64,000 nt of DNA, from the NCBI RefSeq assembly GCF_009914755.1, contig NC_060939.1. One strand, 5' to 3'. Position 1 is the stretch's first letter. The number at the start of each line of letters is the position of its first letter. Shown here one piece after another: positions 34,461 to 59,426 of the stretch. The position numbers were made by a program, and so were the translations under genes. This stretch comes from the human T2T-CHM13v2.0 reference genome, Homo sapiens. The notes beneath the pieces were generated by a model, which worked only from the letters and a program-made list of their open reading frames with translations, was not told the DNA's origin and did not search any database.

Positions 34461-36514
34461 TCTCCCTCTCCCTCTCCCTCTCCCACTCCCTCTGCCTCTC
34501 CCTCTCCCTCTTTCCACGGTCTCCCTCTGATGCCGAGCCGAAGCTGGACTGTACTGCTGCCATCTCGGCTCACTGCAACCTCCCTGCCTGATTCTCCTGC
34601 CTCAGCCTGCCCAGTGCCTGCGATTGCAGGCGCGCGCCGCCACGCCTGACTGGTTTTCGTATTTTTTGGGTGGAGACGGGGTTTCGCTGTGTTGGCCAGG
34701 CTGGTCTCCAGCTCCTAACCGCGAGTGATCCGCCAGCCTCGGCCTCCCGAGGTGCCGGGATTGCAGACGGAGTCTCCTTCACTCAGTGCTCATTGGTGCC
34801 CAGGCTGGAGTGCAGTGGCGTGATCTCGGCTCGCTACAACATCCACCTCCCAGCAGCCTGCCTTGGCCTCCCAAAGTGCCGAGATTGCAGCCTCTGCCTG
34901 GCCGCCACCCGGTCTGGGAGGTGAGGAGCGTCTCTGCCTGGCCGCCCATCGTCTGGGATGTGAGGAGCCCCTCTGCCTGGCTGCCCAGTCTGGAAAGTGA
35001 GGAGCGTCTCTGCCCAGCCGCCATCCCATCTAGGAAGTGAGGAGCGCCTCTTCCCTGCCGCCATCCCATCTAGGAAGTGAGGAGCGTCTCTGCCCGGCCG
35101 CCCATCGTCTGAGATGCGGGGAGCGCCTCTGCCCTGTCGCCCCGTCCGGGATGTGAGGAGCGTCTCTGCCCGGCCGCCCCGTCTGAGAAGTGAGGAGACC
35201 CTCTGCCTGGCAACCGCCCTGTCTGAGAAGTGAGGAGCCCCTCCGCCCAGCAGCCGCCCTGTCTGAGAAGTGAGGAGCCCCTCCGCCCGGCAGCCACCCC
35301 GTCTGGGAAGTGAGGAGTGTCTCCGCCCGGCAGCCACCCCGTCCGGGAGGGAGATGGGGGGGTCAGACCCTCGCCTGGCCAGCCGCCCCATCCGGGAGGG
35401 AGGTGGGGGGATCAGCCCCCCGCCCGGCCAGCCGCCCCGTCCGGGAGGCGAGGGGCGCCTCTGCCCGGCCGCCCCTACTGGAAAGTGAGGAGCCCCTCTG
35501 CCCGGCCAGCCGCCCCGTCTGGGAGGGAGGTGGGGGGGTCAGCCCCCCGCCCGGCCAGCCGCCCAGTCCGGGAGGGAGGTGGGGGGGTCAGCCCCCCGCC
35601 CGGCCAGCCGCCCCGTCCGGGAGGGAGGTGGGGGGGTCAGCCCCCCGCCCGGCCAGCCGCCCCGTCCGGGAGGGAGGTGGGGGGGGTCAGCCCCCCGCCC
35701 GGCCAGCCGCCCCATCCGGGAGGCGAGGGGAGCCTCTGCCCTGCCGCCCCTACTGGGAAGTGAGGAGCCCCTCTGCCCGGCCAGCTGCCCCGTCCGGGAG
35801 GGAGGTGGGGGGGGTCAGCCCCCCGCCCGGCCAGCCACCCCGTCTGGGAGGGAGGTGGGGGGGTCAGCCCCCCACCCGGCCAGCCACCCCGTCCGGGAGG
35901 TGAGGGGCGCCTCTGCCCGGCCGCCCCTACTGGGAAGTGAGGAGCCCCTCTGCCCGGCCACCACCCCGTCTGGGAGGTTTACCCAACAGCTCATTGAGAA
36001 CGGGCCATGATGACAATGGCGGTTTTGTGGAATAGAAAGGGGGGAAAGGTGGGGAAAAGATTGAGAAATCGGATGGTTGCCGTGTCTGTGTAGAAAGAGG
36101 TAGACATGGGAGACTTTTCATTTTGTTCTGTACTAAGAAAAATTCTTCTTCCTTGGGATCCTGTTGATCTGTGACCTTACCCCCAACCCGGTGCTCTCTG
36201 AAACATGTGCTGTGTCCACTCAGGGTTAAATGGATTAAGGGCGGTGCAAGATGTGCTTTGTTAAACAGACGCTTGAAGGCAGCATGCTCGTTAAGAGTCA
36301 TCACCACTCCCTAATCTCAAGTACCCAGGGACACAAACACTGAGGAAGGCCGCAGGGTCCTCTGCCTAGGAAAACCAGAGACCTTTGTTCACTTGTTTAT
36401 CTGCTGACCTTCCCTCCACTATTGTCCTGTGACCCTGCCAAATCCCCCTCTGCGAGAAACACCCAAGAATGATCAATAAAAAAATAAATAAACCAAAAAA
36501 AAAAAAAAAAAAAA
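34461..36514 (+). mobile_element. Full-length SVA (SVA_D-like), antisense to RFX7
   Basis: (CCCTCT)n 34461-34510; antisense Alu-like ~34511-34880; GC-rich VNTR ~34880-35975; SINE-R ~35976-36480 with AATAAA 36475-36480; A-rich tail. Confidence 0.97.
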
Positions 36515-37232
<718 letters not shown>

Positions 37233-38956
37233 GAACTACAAACCTATTTAAGAAATCGTACTGGGAAAACTCGCTAGCCATATGCAGAAAACTGAAACTG
37301 GACCCCTTTCTTACACCTTATACACAAATTTACTCAAGATGGATTAAAGACTTAAATGTAAAACCCAAAACCATAAAAATCCTAGAAGAAAATCTAGGCA
37401 ATACCATTCAGGACATAGGCATGGGAGAAGATTTTATGAAGAAATCGCCACAAGCAATTCCAACAAAAGCTAAAACTGACAACTGGGATCTAGTTAAACT
37501 AAAGAGCTGCACAGCAAAAGAAACTATCATCAGAGCGAACAGACAACCAACCTATGGAATGAGAGAAAATTTTTGCAATTTACCTATGGACAAAGGTCTA
37601 AGATCCAGAATTTACATGGGACTTAAATTTACCAGATAAAAACAAACAACCCCATCAAAAAGTGGGCAAAGGACATAAACAGACACTTCTCAAAAGAAGG
37701 TATTTATGCAACCAACAAAAATATGAAAAAAATCTCAACTTCACTGATCATTAGAGAAATGCAAATCAAAACCACAAAGAGATATCATCTCATGCCGGTC
37801 AGAATGGCGATTATTAAAAAGTCAAGAAACAACACATGTTGGCAAGGATGTGGAGAAATAGGAACACTTTTACACTGTTGGTGGGAATGTAAATTAGTTC
37901 AACCATTGTGGAAGACAGTGTGGAGCTTCCTCAAGGATCTAGAACTAGAAATACCATTTGACTCAGCAATTCCATTACTGGGTATATACCCAAAGGAATA
38001 TAAATCATTCTATTATAAAGACACATGCAAATGTATGTTTACTGCAGCACTATTCACAATAGCAAAGACATAGAACCAACCAAAATGCCCATCAATGATA
38101 GACTGGATAAAGAAAATGTACATATACACCATGGAATACTATGCAGCCATTAAAAGGAATGAGATCATGTCCTTTGCAGGGACATGGATCAAGCTGGAAG
38201 CCATCATCCTCAGCAAACTAATGCAGGAACAGAAAACCAAACACTGCATGTTCTTACTCGTAAGTGGGAGCTGAACAATGAGAACACATGGACACAGGGA
38301 GGGGACCAACACACATCATGGCCTGTTGCGGGGGCGGTGAGGGGAGGAAAGAGCATTAGGACAAATAGCTAATGCATGAGGGGCTTAATACCTAGGTGAC
38401 AGGTTGGTAGGTGCAGCAAACCACCATGGCACATGTTTACCTATGTAACAAACCTGCACATTCTGCACATGTATCCCGGAATGTAGAGTAAAATAAAATT
38501 AAAAAAAAAAAAAAGTAAACTGAATGCTTGTATTGTAACCAAAATTACATCATTAAATTTTTTCCTAATATTTATAAAAATAATTAAGAATTATCAATTT
38601 TCCATTAAAAGGACTCTTAAGACTTACCTAGACCCATAATGTTATTTTAGTGAGTCTTAGTATTCAAATATTATAAATGACAATAAAGGATATGGGAATT
38701 TTGGGAGGTCCCAAAGACATGGTAGAATTACATTGCCTTAAAAGTATTAATCAAACAAAACATTTGCTAGACAATCTGAAAGACAAATGAAGTACAAGTA
38801 ATATGGTCAAATATCTAATTAGCTTGAGCCTTAGAAAGTGGAAAAGTTGTTGTAATCCTCCCTTATTTTTAAGGAGTAAATAGATCTTAAGACTCTGGAG
38901 AGAAAACTCTTCAAAAGTGCCTGACCCTAACCATAAAGAAATTGGTCTTTTCCAGT

Positions 38957-39310
<354 letters not shown>

Positions 39311-39835
39311 AATTTATCGTTTTCGTATTATTCTGTGTTTTGGGCAGAACAATGATATAGTATGTTGAACAATGATAGTAGTACTAGTAAGCTGATCTTA
39401 GACTAGGATCATACTAATATATCACCTTTGAAACTCATTGATAATGCTTTTTTTTGTGGTAACTACACAATGAACAATATATCTGAAAGATTACTTTGCT
39501 TGAAGTCAAAACTAAAGAAGAGTTAAATTATTTATATATAAAAAAACTATCATATATGACCCTCCTTAACCAGGACTTGCCTTTCCTTTCCATCATTTTG
39601 GCTAATAATCCTACAAAAAAGATTCAGTCATGGTGAATCATGATTCACAGGTTAAGAACCTTAACCTGAAGTTTATAAATTGCTAATAAAAAAAATCCCA
39701 TAGTTTATGAAGTCATCTGATAAATCCTCAAGATTTTAAAAAGAAATTTGTGTCTTTACTTAATCACAGTAAAAAGTAAATCTTAAAGGCTTGAGTTCTC
39801 ATGGCCTATGAAGAAGCCATTTAAAATGACTATTC

Positions 39836-40163
39836 TTTTTTTATTTTTATTTTATTTTTGAGACAGAGTCTCGCTCTGTTGCCCAGCCTTGAGTGCAATG
39901 GCGTGATTTCTGCTCACTGCAACCTCCACCTCTGGGTTCAAGCAATTCTCCTGCCTCAGCCTCCCGAGTAGCTGGGATTATAAGCGCCCACCACCATGCC
40001 CAGCTTAATTTTTTGTATTTTTACTAGAGACAGGGATTTGCCATGTTGGCCAGGCTGGTCTCGAACTCCTGACCTCAGGTGATCTGCCTGCCTCGGCCTC
40101 CCAAAGTGCTGGCATTACAGGGGTGAGCCGCTGGGATTACAGGGGTAAGCCTCTGTGCCCAGC
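39836..40163 (-). mobile_element. AluS with short duplication at its 5' end
   Basis: Antisense dimer; gctgg(c/g)attacaggggt(g/a)agcc duplicated; TSD aaaat(g/a)actattctttt. Confidence 0.93.
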
Positions 40164-40487
40164 TAAAATAACTATTCTTTTTTTATTGTATGATTCCATT
40201 TATATGAAATATCCACAGTACAGAAATCCATACAGACAGAAAGATTTATAGTTGACACGTGTGTGGTGGAAGGGGAAACTGGGGCTGTCTGCTTAGTGTA
40301 TTCAGGCTTTTAAAAAATGACTATTCTTTTGGTGAATTTGGATTGTTATTTTTAAAGCAAAGACACACACACACATATGTGATAAATATATTGATCATAC
40401 TCTACATATAGTATGAGCTCTCTTTGTATACATACTTTCATTTTTGGATTGCCTGAGGTCTCCGTTGTTTTAAATTAACTGCATATA

Positions 40488-40789
<302 letters not shown>

Positions 40790-41649
40790 TTTAACTGCAT
40801 ATAAAATGTCCAGATTTATGATTATCGACAGTAACTACCTATAGATTAAGAATTAACAAACATTGAAAGAAGGGGCCTTGACCCAGTAAATTCCTGAGTA
40901 ACCATCTCTCATCTTTGAATTTCCATCCAGATCCAATTATACTACACTTAGTTATTCAATAGTTGGGAACATTTCTGAACTCATGTTAGTAAAAGGATAA
41001 ATTCAAATTTTCACAAGGTTGTATACATGAAAACAAAAAAAGCCAAGAGACCCTAGTGTCATCTGATGTAATCATACCATTTCGTAGATGAGAAAACTAA
41101 GGAAGAGAGAGGTAAAGATGGTTTGTAAAATGGTTTGTAAGATGGTTTGTAGTTAAATAAGTGGTTCTTTACTGATGACTCAAGTAGAATTTCATGCAGT
41201 CAGTACTCAATACATATTTGTTGACTGGTTGCACTACAACATTTTTAAAAGGTTCCCTCTGAAGAACAGTGATCAGCCCTCAATTTTACTTTTCTGCATA
41301 AAATCTTAATAAATACATACAGCTGTAATGTAAACAGTATGACATTCTTATAGAATCTGTGTCAGTAGAAAATGAGTGAGATGTAGTTACCTACCATTCA
41401 TGAATGTATAGAAGAGGTGAGAAAAAAGGACAGAGACTTAAATAGGTTCTCCGCAGAAGACGATACCCAGTTGGCCCAAGAACATATAAGAAAGGCACTC
41501 AACTTCATTAGTCATCAGGGAAATGCAAGTTAAAACTACAATGGAAAAAAGGATAATGTCCGTATGCAGAAGAATGAGCTAAGAAATTATGGTATATATT
41601 CACAAGTGGGATACTACATAGCAGTGTGAATGAATAAACTAAAATGCAT

Positions 41650-41718
41650 AAATTGTACAAACATTGTACAGTTGTACAAATTGTACAAACATTGTACAGT
41701 TGTACAAACTGTACAAAT
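41650..41718. repeat. 28-bp tandem repeat (x2.5) built of TGTACA palindromes
   Basis: aaattgtacaaacattgtacagttgtac x2 plus a partial copy; 7 TGTACA. Confidence 0.9.
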
Positions 41719-42869
41719 ATTGAGTAAAAAAGCCAGATAAAAAATATAGTATATTGTATAACATCATTCATGTAATGTTCAAAAACAAGCAAAGCTAGCC
41801 TGTGGCATTAGAAGCCAGGACAGAGGTTACCCTTGATGAGAGAGGTGCTGGTAAAGAGAGTGAGTGTAAGAGGTTATGAGGCAGGATTATGGTAATGTTT
41901 AGTTTCTGAATCTGGATGCTGGTAATACGAGGGTATTCCTTTTGTAAAGATTTGTCAAGCTGTAAACTTATAATCTGTATATATTTTCTGTGTGTATGTT
42001 ACTTTCCAATAAAAGTTACATAGAGTGCTGTAAATAAAATGCCATGCCTGAGCTAGAACTAAGGGTCTAATATTATACGGAGAAAGGAGATTTAAACTGG
42101 GCCTTAGAGAACAAGTAGATTTACTCATATGGGTGTTAGGGTGGGTGGAGGGTGAGGCAGGTCTATTTCATGTAGAGGAAAGAATATGAACAAAAACTGA
42201 GAAGAGCAGCATATGGTTTTGAAACTAAGAATTTCAAAAAAGCTAACATGTAGACTTATGTACAGTGAACAGATCAGGGTAATTAGCATATCTATCATCT
42301 TAAACATCTGTCATTTATTTGTGTTGGGAACATTCAATATCCTCCGCACTACTTGAAAGTATACACTACTGTTAAGCATAGTCATTTTTCAGTACTATAC
42401 AATTTATTCCTCCTATCTAGTTCTAATTTTGTATCCTTTAACCACTCTCTTCCTATCCCCATCCCCTTTCCCAGCACCTAGTATCTTCTGTTCTACCTTT
42501 TACTTCTGTGAAACGAACTTTTATCAACTTCCACATATGAGTGAGAGCATGCAGCATTTAACTTTCTATTCCCAGTTTATTTTACTTAACATAATGACCT
42601 CCAGATCCATTCATGTTGCTGCAAGTGACAGGATCTTATTTTTAATGGCTAAACAGTATTCCATTGTGTATATATACATTTTCTTTATTCACTCATCTGT
42701 TGGACACCTAGGTTGATTCTTTATCTTGGGTATAATGAATAGTGTTGCAATAAACCATGGGGGCGTTAGGTGTCTCTTTGATATACAGATTTCTTTCCTT
42801 TGGCTAAATGCTCAGCAGTAGGACTGCTGGATCATATGATAGTCCTATCTATCTATCTATCTACACATA

Positions 42870-48946
<6,077 letters not shown>

Positions 48947-48969
48947 CTCTGTATTTTTAAGAAACATCT

Positions 48970-49375
<406 letters not shown>

Positions 49376-50427
49376 CTATCCTAACAGGGTAACATGATAC
49401 CTCACTGTGGTTTTTATCTGCGTTTCCCTGATGATTAGTGATGTTGAGCATTTTTCCACGTACCTATGGCCATTTGTACACCATCTTTTGAGAAATGTCT
49501 ACTCATGTCCTTTGCCCATTTAACAATCAGATTTTTCTTTGCGGCTTAAATGTCTGAGTTCCTTGTACATAATGATCTGGATATTAATCTCCTGTTTAGA
49601 TGAATAGTTTGCAAATATTTTCTCCCATTCTGTAAGTTTTCTTTTCATTGTATTGATTGTTTTCTTTGCTGTGAAGAAGCTTTTTGATCTGATATAATGC
49701 CATTGGTTTACTTTTGCTTTTGTTGCCTGTGCTTTTGAGCTCTTATTCATAAAATCTTTTTGCAGGCCAATGTCCTGAAGTCCCTATGTTTTCTTCTGCT
49801 AATTTTGTAGTTTTGGTCTTACATTTATGTCTTTGATCCATTTTGAGTTAATTTTTGTATAGGGTGAGAGATGGGAGTTTAGTTTTATTCTTCTGCATAT
49901 GTATACCCAGTTTCCTCAGCACCATTTATTGAAGAGACTGTCCTTTCCCCACTGAGTGTTCTTAGCGTCTTTGTCAAAAATCAGTTGGCTGTAGATTGTG
50001 GATTAACTTTTGGATTCTCTACCCTGTTCCATGGTCTATATGTGTGCTTTTATGCCAGAACCATGCTGTTTTGGTTACTACAGCTTTGCAGTATATTTTG
50101 AAGTCTGGTCATGTGAGCCTTCCAGTTTTGTTCTTTGTGGTTAGCATTTTTTGGCAATTCTGGGTCTTCTGTGCTTCCATATAAATTTTAAGGTCTTTTT
50201 TTCTATTTCTGTGAAGAATACAATCAGTATTTTGATAGGAATTGCATTCAATCTGTAGACTGCTCTGGGTAGTATGGTAATTTTAATAATATTAATTCTT
50301 CTGATCTATGAGCATGGGATGTCTTTTCATTTATTTGTATCTTCTTTAATTTCTTTTATCACTGTTTTTTAGTTTTCCTTGTAGAAGTCTTTCGCATCCT
50401 TGGTTAAGCGTATTCTGAGGGTTTCTT

Positions 50428-50433
50428 CTGTGT

Positions 50434-50467
<34 letters not shown>
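50428..50467. repeat. (TG)n microsatellite
   Basis: About 20 TG units with one interruption. Confidence 0.95.
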
Positions 50468-50472
<5 letters not shown>

Positions 50473-51309
50473 GCTAACATAAATGGGATTACTTTCTTGA
50501 TTGCTTTTTTCAGCTAGTTCATATATACAGTTTTTAATCTTAAAAAAGCATGGTATTTTTCCATTTTACAAAAGGATAGTAGGCAAACATTAAACGTTAA
50601 GGACTTCCTCATGGATACAAATCCCAGTATATGTCTAAATAAATTAGGACTCAAATTTATATACATATAGCTACTTTCCAAGTCCAATCTTTCTCCCCTG
50701 TATAAGTCCTCCTTCCCCTGAAAAATAAATGGTTTGGGGCTTTATTCTGTAGCAGAGGGAAGCATTAAATATAATTTGGAAGGAGTCTGTTTCATAGTTT
50801 ATGCTTTTTACAGACCATAACAAAGTCTTTATAAAGGCTTTGATCTTCTGTGTTTTCATAGTTTTTATTTCTTATGGTTAAAATGGCTATTTCAATTTGC
50901 TGGATCATTTCAGTTAATTTTTGAATAAAGCATGGCAACTAGAACTGACCATTATCTGATCCATCAACATTTAGGGATTTAAATTATTTAGTTTCCTAGT
51001 ATCAGTGAACTGCATAGTAAAATTCCTAAACTGACTCCTCCATAAAACAATGGAAAATCCCTGGAAATTAACCAAAGACCTGCAGCAAACTGGGTAGCAT
51101 TTATTTAAGAATAGCTTTGTGCCATTTTAACTTGCCCTAGTCTGATCTCTCATTCCCCATTAGGAGCCTTGAAAACTAATACCCCATATTCCCAGTGCAG
51201 TCTTGTGTTCACTGAAATAAAGTAGTTGGAGTGTTTTGCAAATCCTCATCACAAACAATTGTCATTATTTCACTTGTGTGGTGGATTCCCTGAAGGACCC
51301 CACCTGATA

Positions 51310-53890
<2,581 letters not shown>

Positions 53891-53914
53891 TATTTTTTCC
53901 TAGGTTAAAAACAG

Positions 53915-54212
<298 letters not shown>

Positions 54213-55099
54213 GTTCCAAATCAGGTAATAGATGAATTTTATAGAACTCATGTTAAGTTTCTTAGATGTAATCAAAGTATTATAAAAGTGATTGTCTTTA
54301 TTCTTAGGAGAAGTATCATATCCACAACTTACAAATGGTATAGGAAAAAAACTGTTGAACCTATGTGAAGCACATAGGAATATGGATATTCTTACAGTAT
54401 ACTTTCAACATTTCTATTATCTCTGAAAATTTTTGTAACAGGAAGTTGGAGAGCACACTGCCCTGAAAACAAAGCAGTCGCCCAGGGTAGGTGATGATGG
54501 CAATGAATACAAAGTGAAGAGATCTAAAAAAGTAATGGTATTTCTAAAACTAGGAATTCATAAAGGTCTTGCAATGTCTACTTGGCATAGTTCAGGCTGA
54601 GGTATCTGGCATTATCATGGTTTTGTAGAAGGGTGAAACGTTTCTGGTTTTGGTATTTTTCTGATGATGTTTCCTATGGTTGATCTTTTTGGCCATGGTA
54701 CATGTGGCTGCTTCTCCCAGGGTACAATTTGTAAAGATTTTCCTAAGCCATTTGTAAATGGTAGCTGAAAACTCCCTATCCTGTAATACAGTTAATTTTC
54801 TTATATGTACTTGCATTTGCCTAAAATTAATTTTATTGAAACTCTACTAAGGATACAAAATCATGAAACTTTTGTGTTAATCCTAACATTTGTAAAGCAA
54901 AACTCATAAAAAATACAGTAAGGAACTGTGATAAAGAATCTCACATCATTTTTGTGAGAAATTTACTCAGTTGAAGATGAGCAGTGTGTTAACAGACAAA
55001 AAGAATTTTTTACAGAATTTGAAAAATATTAAAAAGTTGAATTAGTGCAATCAATGTAATATACAGAGCTACAGAAAGAGAATGTCAAAATATTTTAAA

Positions 55100-57960
55100 A
55101 ATTGATAATTTGTTAGACTGAAAGTAAATCTCAATAAAAATATCAGAAACTAAGCCCCATTCTCTGACCACAATTTAATAAAACTAAAAATATGAAAGTG
55201 TAAAGCAAAATAAAATGAAATAAACCCTCAAACACCTGAAAAATTTAAAAAGAAAACAAACTTCTAATTTAGGTCACAGAAAAAAGCAAAACGATAATTC
55301 CACACTATTGGAAAATAATGGCAATTATAACAACTCATATGCATATCAAATGGAATACAGCCAAAACTATAATGAGAGGCAAATTCATAGATATAAATGT
55401 TCCTATCCTAAATGTGAAAGAATGAAAACAAAGTTAAGCATTCCATTTAAAGAGTAAGAAAAAAACCCAAGAAAACCAGAAGGACCAAAAATAAAAGCAC
55501 CTAATAAATGAAAAAAAGACAAGAAAATAAAACATATCAGATTTTACTTGTCTAAAAAAGAAAAATCTAAAAAATAAATTAGGCTAAGTGAAATATGAAA
55601 AAAGAGGAAAATTCAATGTACAAAACTAGAAATATCAAAAAGCATATAAGAAGATACAAAAGATATTAAATTTATGAGAGAAACAAATGACCAAAATTGA
55701 TGAATAAAGTAAAAACCTAACCAGTGTAAAACACAAAAATTGTCAAAGAATTACCTCCAACAAAGGCTCCAGGCCTAGATGGTTTTGTAGTTGAGTTCTT
55801 TAAAACTTTCAAGAATAAATAAGTCCCATGCTATATAAACTGTTCCAGAGCACAGAAAATTAGGGAAAGAGTTCCAATTCATTTTGCAAAGCTGGCCTAA
55901 CCCTGATATCAAAACCTGACAAAGATAGCATAAAAAAAAAAAGAAAATTACAGACCAAATTCATTTATGAATGTAGATGCAAAGTTCCTAAATAATACAC
56001 TTGAAAACAGAACTCAATGGTACACTACAAGATAACACGTCTTGACATAAGGAGGACATTCATTCTAGAAATAAGAGTTTATATTAGGTATCTTTTTTTT
56101 TTTTTTTTTTTTTTTGAGACAGGATCTCACTCTGTCACCCAGGTTGGAGTGCATTGGTGCGATCATGGCTTACTGCCGCCTCCACCTCCTGAGCTCAAGC
56201 AATCCTCCAACTCAGACTCTCGTATAGCTAGCACTACCGGTGCATGCCACCATGCCCAGCTAATTTTTTGTAGAGACAGGGTCTTGTTTTGTTGCCCAGT
56301 CTGGTCTTAAACTTCTGGCCTCAAGTGATCCTCTAGACTTGGCCTCCCAAAGTGTTGGGATTACAGGCATGAGACACTGTGCCCGGCCTATATTAAGTAA
56401 TATCTTTATAAAATACATCACATTGACAGGTCAAATAAGAAGCACTGCAAAATAATCTCATTTGGATGCCAAAATATTTAATGAATTCCAATATTCACTT
56501 CTCATTAAAAAGAAAATAAAGTCTTGTTCAACTATAAGTGATACATACTTAACATCAGTGAACTTACTGTAAGAGGAAATGATGCCTATCACTGCTATAT
56601 GTAAAATTGGAAGGAAAGTCTATTAAATGTAATAACAAAGTAAAGACAATGAAGAAGATTCACAGGATAAACTATCTAGAAAAGTCAAAAGTAACAACTA
56701 AAAATAAGGACTAAACAAAATCCAGTAAATATAAAATGTACAACATAAAAATAACAGAAATCTAGGAAGTTCCTATAAACCAAAACAAATAGTCTTTTTC
56801 ATATTTATTCATTTTTTCATATTATTCATATTTTTCACAATATGAATAGAAATTACCGAGGATTATGTTAAAGGAGAAAATAAGTGAACTTAATTGAGGG
56901 AAAAAAGGGAAAACATTAATGAAGGGCATGAAAGAAACATGTAAATTAAGAAACATATTTCTAGTCTGTAGTTAATTTTTCTAAAATTTTCAGTTAATGT
57001 GTTTGAATCAAAATCCCCTTAGAGTTTCCTTTTTTAAAATCAGAAAACTGATTCGCAACTTCCTATAAAAAAAATTAACTGGTCAGAAAATAAAACCAAG
57101 GAAACTTGTGAAAAAGAGGTATAAGGAGGAAAGATGGGTCCTGTCAGCTATTTAAACATTTAATAGCTAAAATATCTAAGTAGTATAGTATTACCAGAAG
57201 AACAGAGAACATAAAGAAAGAAAATTGAGTCCAGAAGCCTTTAGTAAGGTAACAGTACATTATAGATTAGTGTTAAGACAGAAAAATTATTCAATAAAAA
57301 AGCTGGGATAATTAACCATTTAGAAAAAATTAAAATAAGTACCTTATCTAATAGCATTTACTAAAATAAATCACAGATAGACTCAAGGCTTATATATAAA
57401 AAATAAAATAAAAAATACCTAGGAAAAATATATGTGAGTATTCAGCAGCTGGTGGCATGGAGTTTTTTCTAAGCATAATAGTAATGTTACAAGCTGTGAC
57501 AAAAGTGTACAGATCAGACTACTTATTTAAAAATTAACTAAAATTAACAAACAGCAATCTTGAAAAACATTTATGTTTTAATATTTATGTCTTTAATAAA
57601 TGGACATGTAAAAGGCTAGAACAAACATATCAGAAGGAAATGCATTTAGTGAATAATAAATAACAGTATTTAGCCAGCAATCCCAATTTTGATAATTTAC
57701 ATTAAATTATACAGCCAAGGATGTTCACTGCAGTGCTATTTGCAACTACCCTCTCACCCAAGAACTGCATAAACAGTGGGGCCAAATTTGGTTAAACAAC
57801 AACAAAAATGTATACATTAAAGAAGGCATTAGAAAAACTATAAGGAAATAAAACCAGATGGTTATTTTCAGATAGTGAGATTACAGGTGCTAAATTTCTT
57901 CTTTATACATTTATAACTATTTGCCCAAACTTTCATGATGAATATACATTTTATAATTAG
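55100..57960 (+). mobile_element. Highly diverged L1M ORF2 fragments
   Basis: A-rich sequence with recognisable blocks (ctccaggcctagatggttttgtagttgagttct; acagaccaaattcatttatgaatgtagatgcaaa). Confidence 0.6.
56093..56388 (-). mobile_element. AluJ
   Basis: Diverged antisense dimer; TSD tatatta(g/a)gta. Confidence 0.9.
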
Positions 57961-59426
57961 AAAAACAGTATAAAAATCAATGCACTAATAATTTTCCTGA
58001 AGACATGAATATTAGAATTCAAAAATTTCAACAAATAAAAAAGCTCAAAATCATTTGTAAACTAAACTGTTTTTGCATACTGAAAGCTCCTTAAAGCTTT
58101 TTATTTCTATTAATATCTTAATTTAGCATGAAAACACAGTTAAAAGAAGCCAGTCTTTACTGTCTGAGATTACAACTTCATTTTTTTCCTCAAAGGGATT
58201 TTGCTTTTAATGACTATTAAAGGGATTTTGACACAAATACATCTAAATACACTGAAATGAATTATAAAAGGGTCCATACACAACAGGAATAACTTAAAAG
58301 GATACTTCATATTAATAACACCATTTCTTTCATTGAGTATTGAGAACACAGAATGATCAGTCTTAAACTGATCCTGTTAAGTTTTTGTTCGGGAAATTTC
58401 ATTTAGGCACTCTAAACAGGATAATGAGTGCCTAATGATTGTGTGTCTAACTGAAATCTCTCCTGTGATTTAAAACTCTTGTTCTTAAAATATATAGCTA
58501 TATTCTATTTAGTTTTCTTCAGACAACATAATTGTAAAACTTTTAACTGTTTTCTAATACTTTGATCTACATTTTGCCTTTCTGTAGTGTTTCTACCTTT
58601 TTTATCTCTTTCAAATTATTTAAACCCAAATGGCAAATTATGGTTTTAGGCAATGTACAATCAAATAACAGAACAACTTGAAGCTTCTACATGCTGTAAT
58701 TCTATGGAAACACCAACATTCTTTCTTCCTAGCACATGTCATGTTGTTATGCTGTGTCTCTTACAATAACCATATTATTTGTATGCACGTATACTAACCA
58801 TATGTAAACTAATTCATACTCTGAGCTGCTTATTTATCTACACCAAGTGGAAGTCCTGGCCAAATAATATTAGCAGTATTTCTAACTACTTGTCCAATGT
58901 TTTCTACCCACTCAGTTTGATATTACTCAACTTTAACACGCTTACCTTCTTAACCTATTATGAACTCACTCATGAAATCTGAGTTCTAGTCTTAGATCTG
59001 CCCCTCACTAGTTTTGTCACACTGGTAGAGTCACTTAACTTCTCTAGGTTTCAAATGTTTTCATCTATAAAAAGAGGATAGGAACATAGTGGAAGACCTA
59101 CAAGGTCTGTTACAACACAAATTTTATTATCATTGTCAGAGATCAGGTTCCGCTCTAATCACTCTTACTATAAAATTAGTGCCTACTATGTGGAAATGCT
59201 ATGGGGGAACACTACAGTAAATAAGTGAAATATTCTTAGTGAAATTTTTTGAACTAAAATACCCAGACTCAGATATTTTGTGTATAGTACTCTATTAATT
59301 ATCATTAGAATAATTCTCTCCAATTCCATGAACAGAACTGGCATTTCTTTCCTAATCATGCTATTATAAAAACTCTCCCTTACCTACTACTGCCTTTTTA
59401 AATTGTAGCCTATCTAAATCACTTTC

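Noticed and set aside
34880-35975. CpG-island promoter or CRISPR-like array
   Set aside because: SVA VNTR: tandem degenerate units without unique spacers.
34570-36307. Multiple 70-197 aa Pro/Gly/Arg-rich ORFs
   Set aside because: They arise from the stop-poor GC-rich SVA VNTR and Alu-like domain, not from genes.
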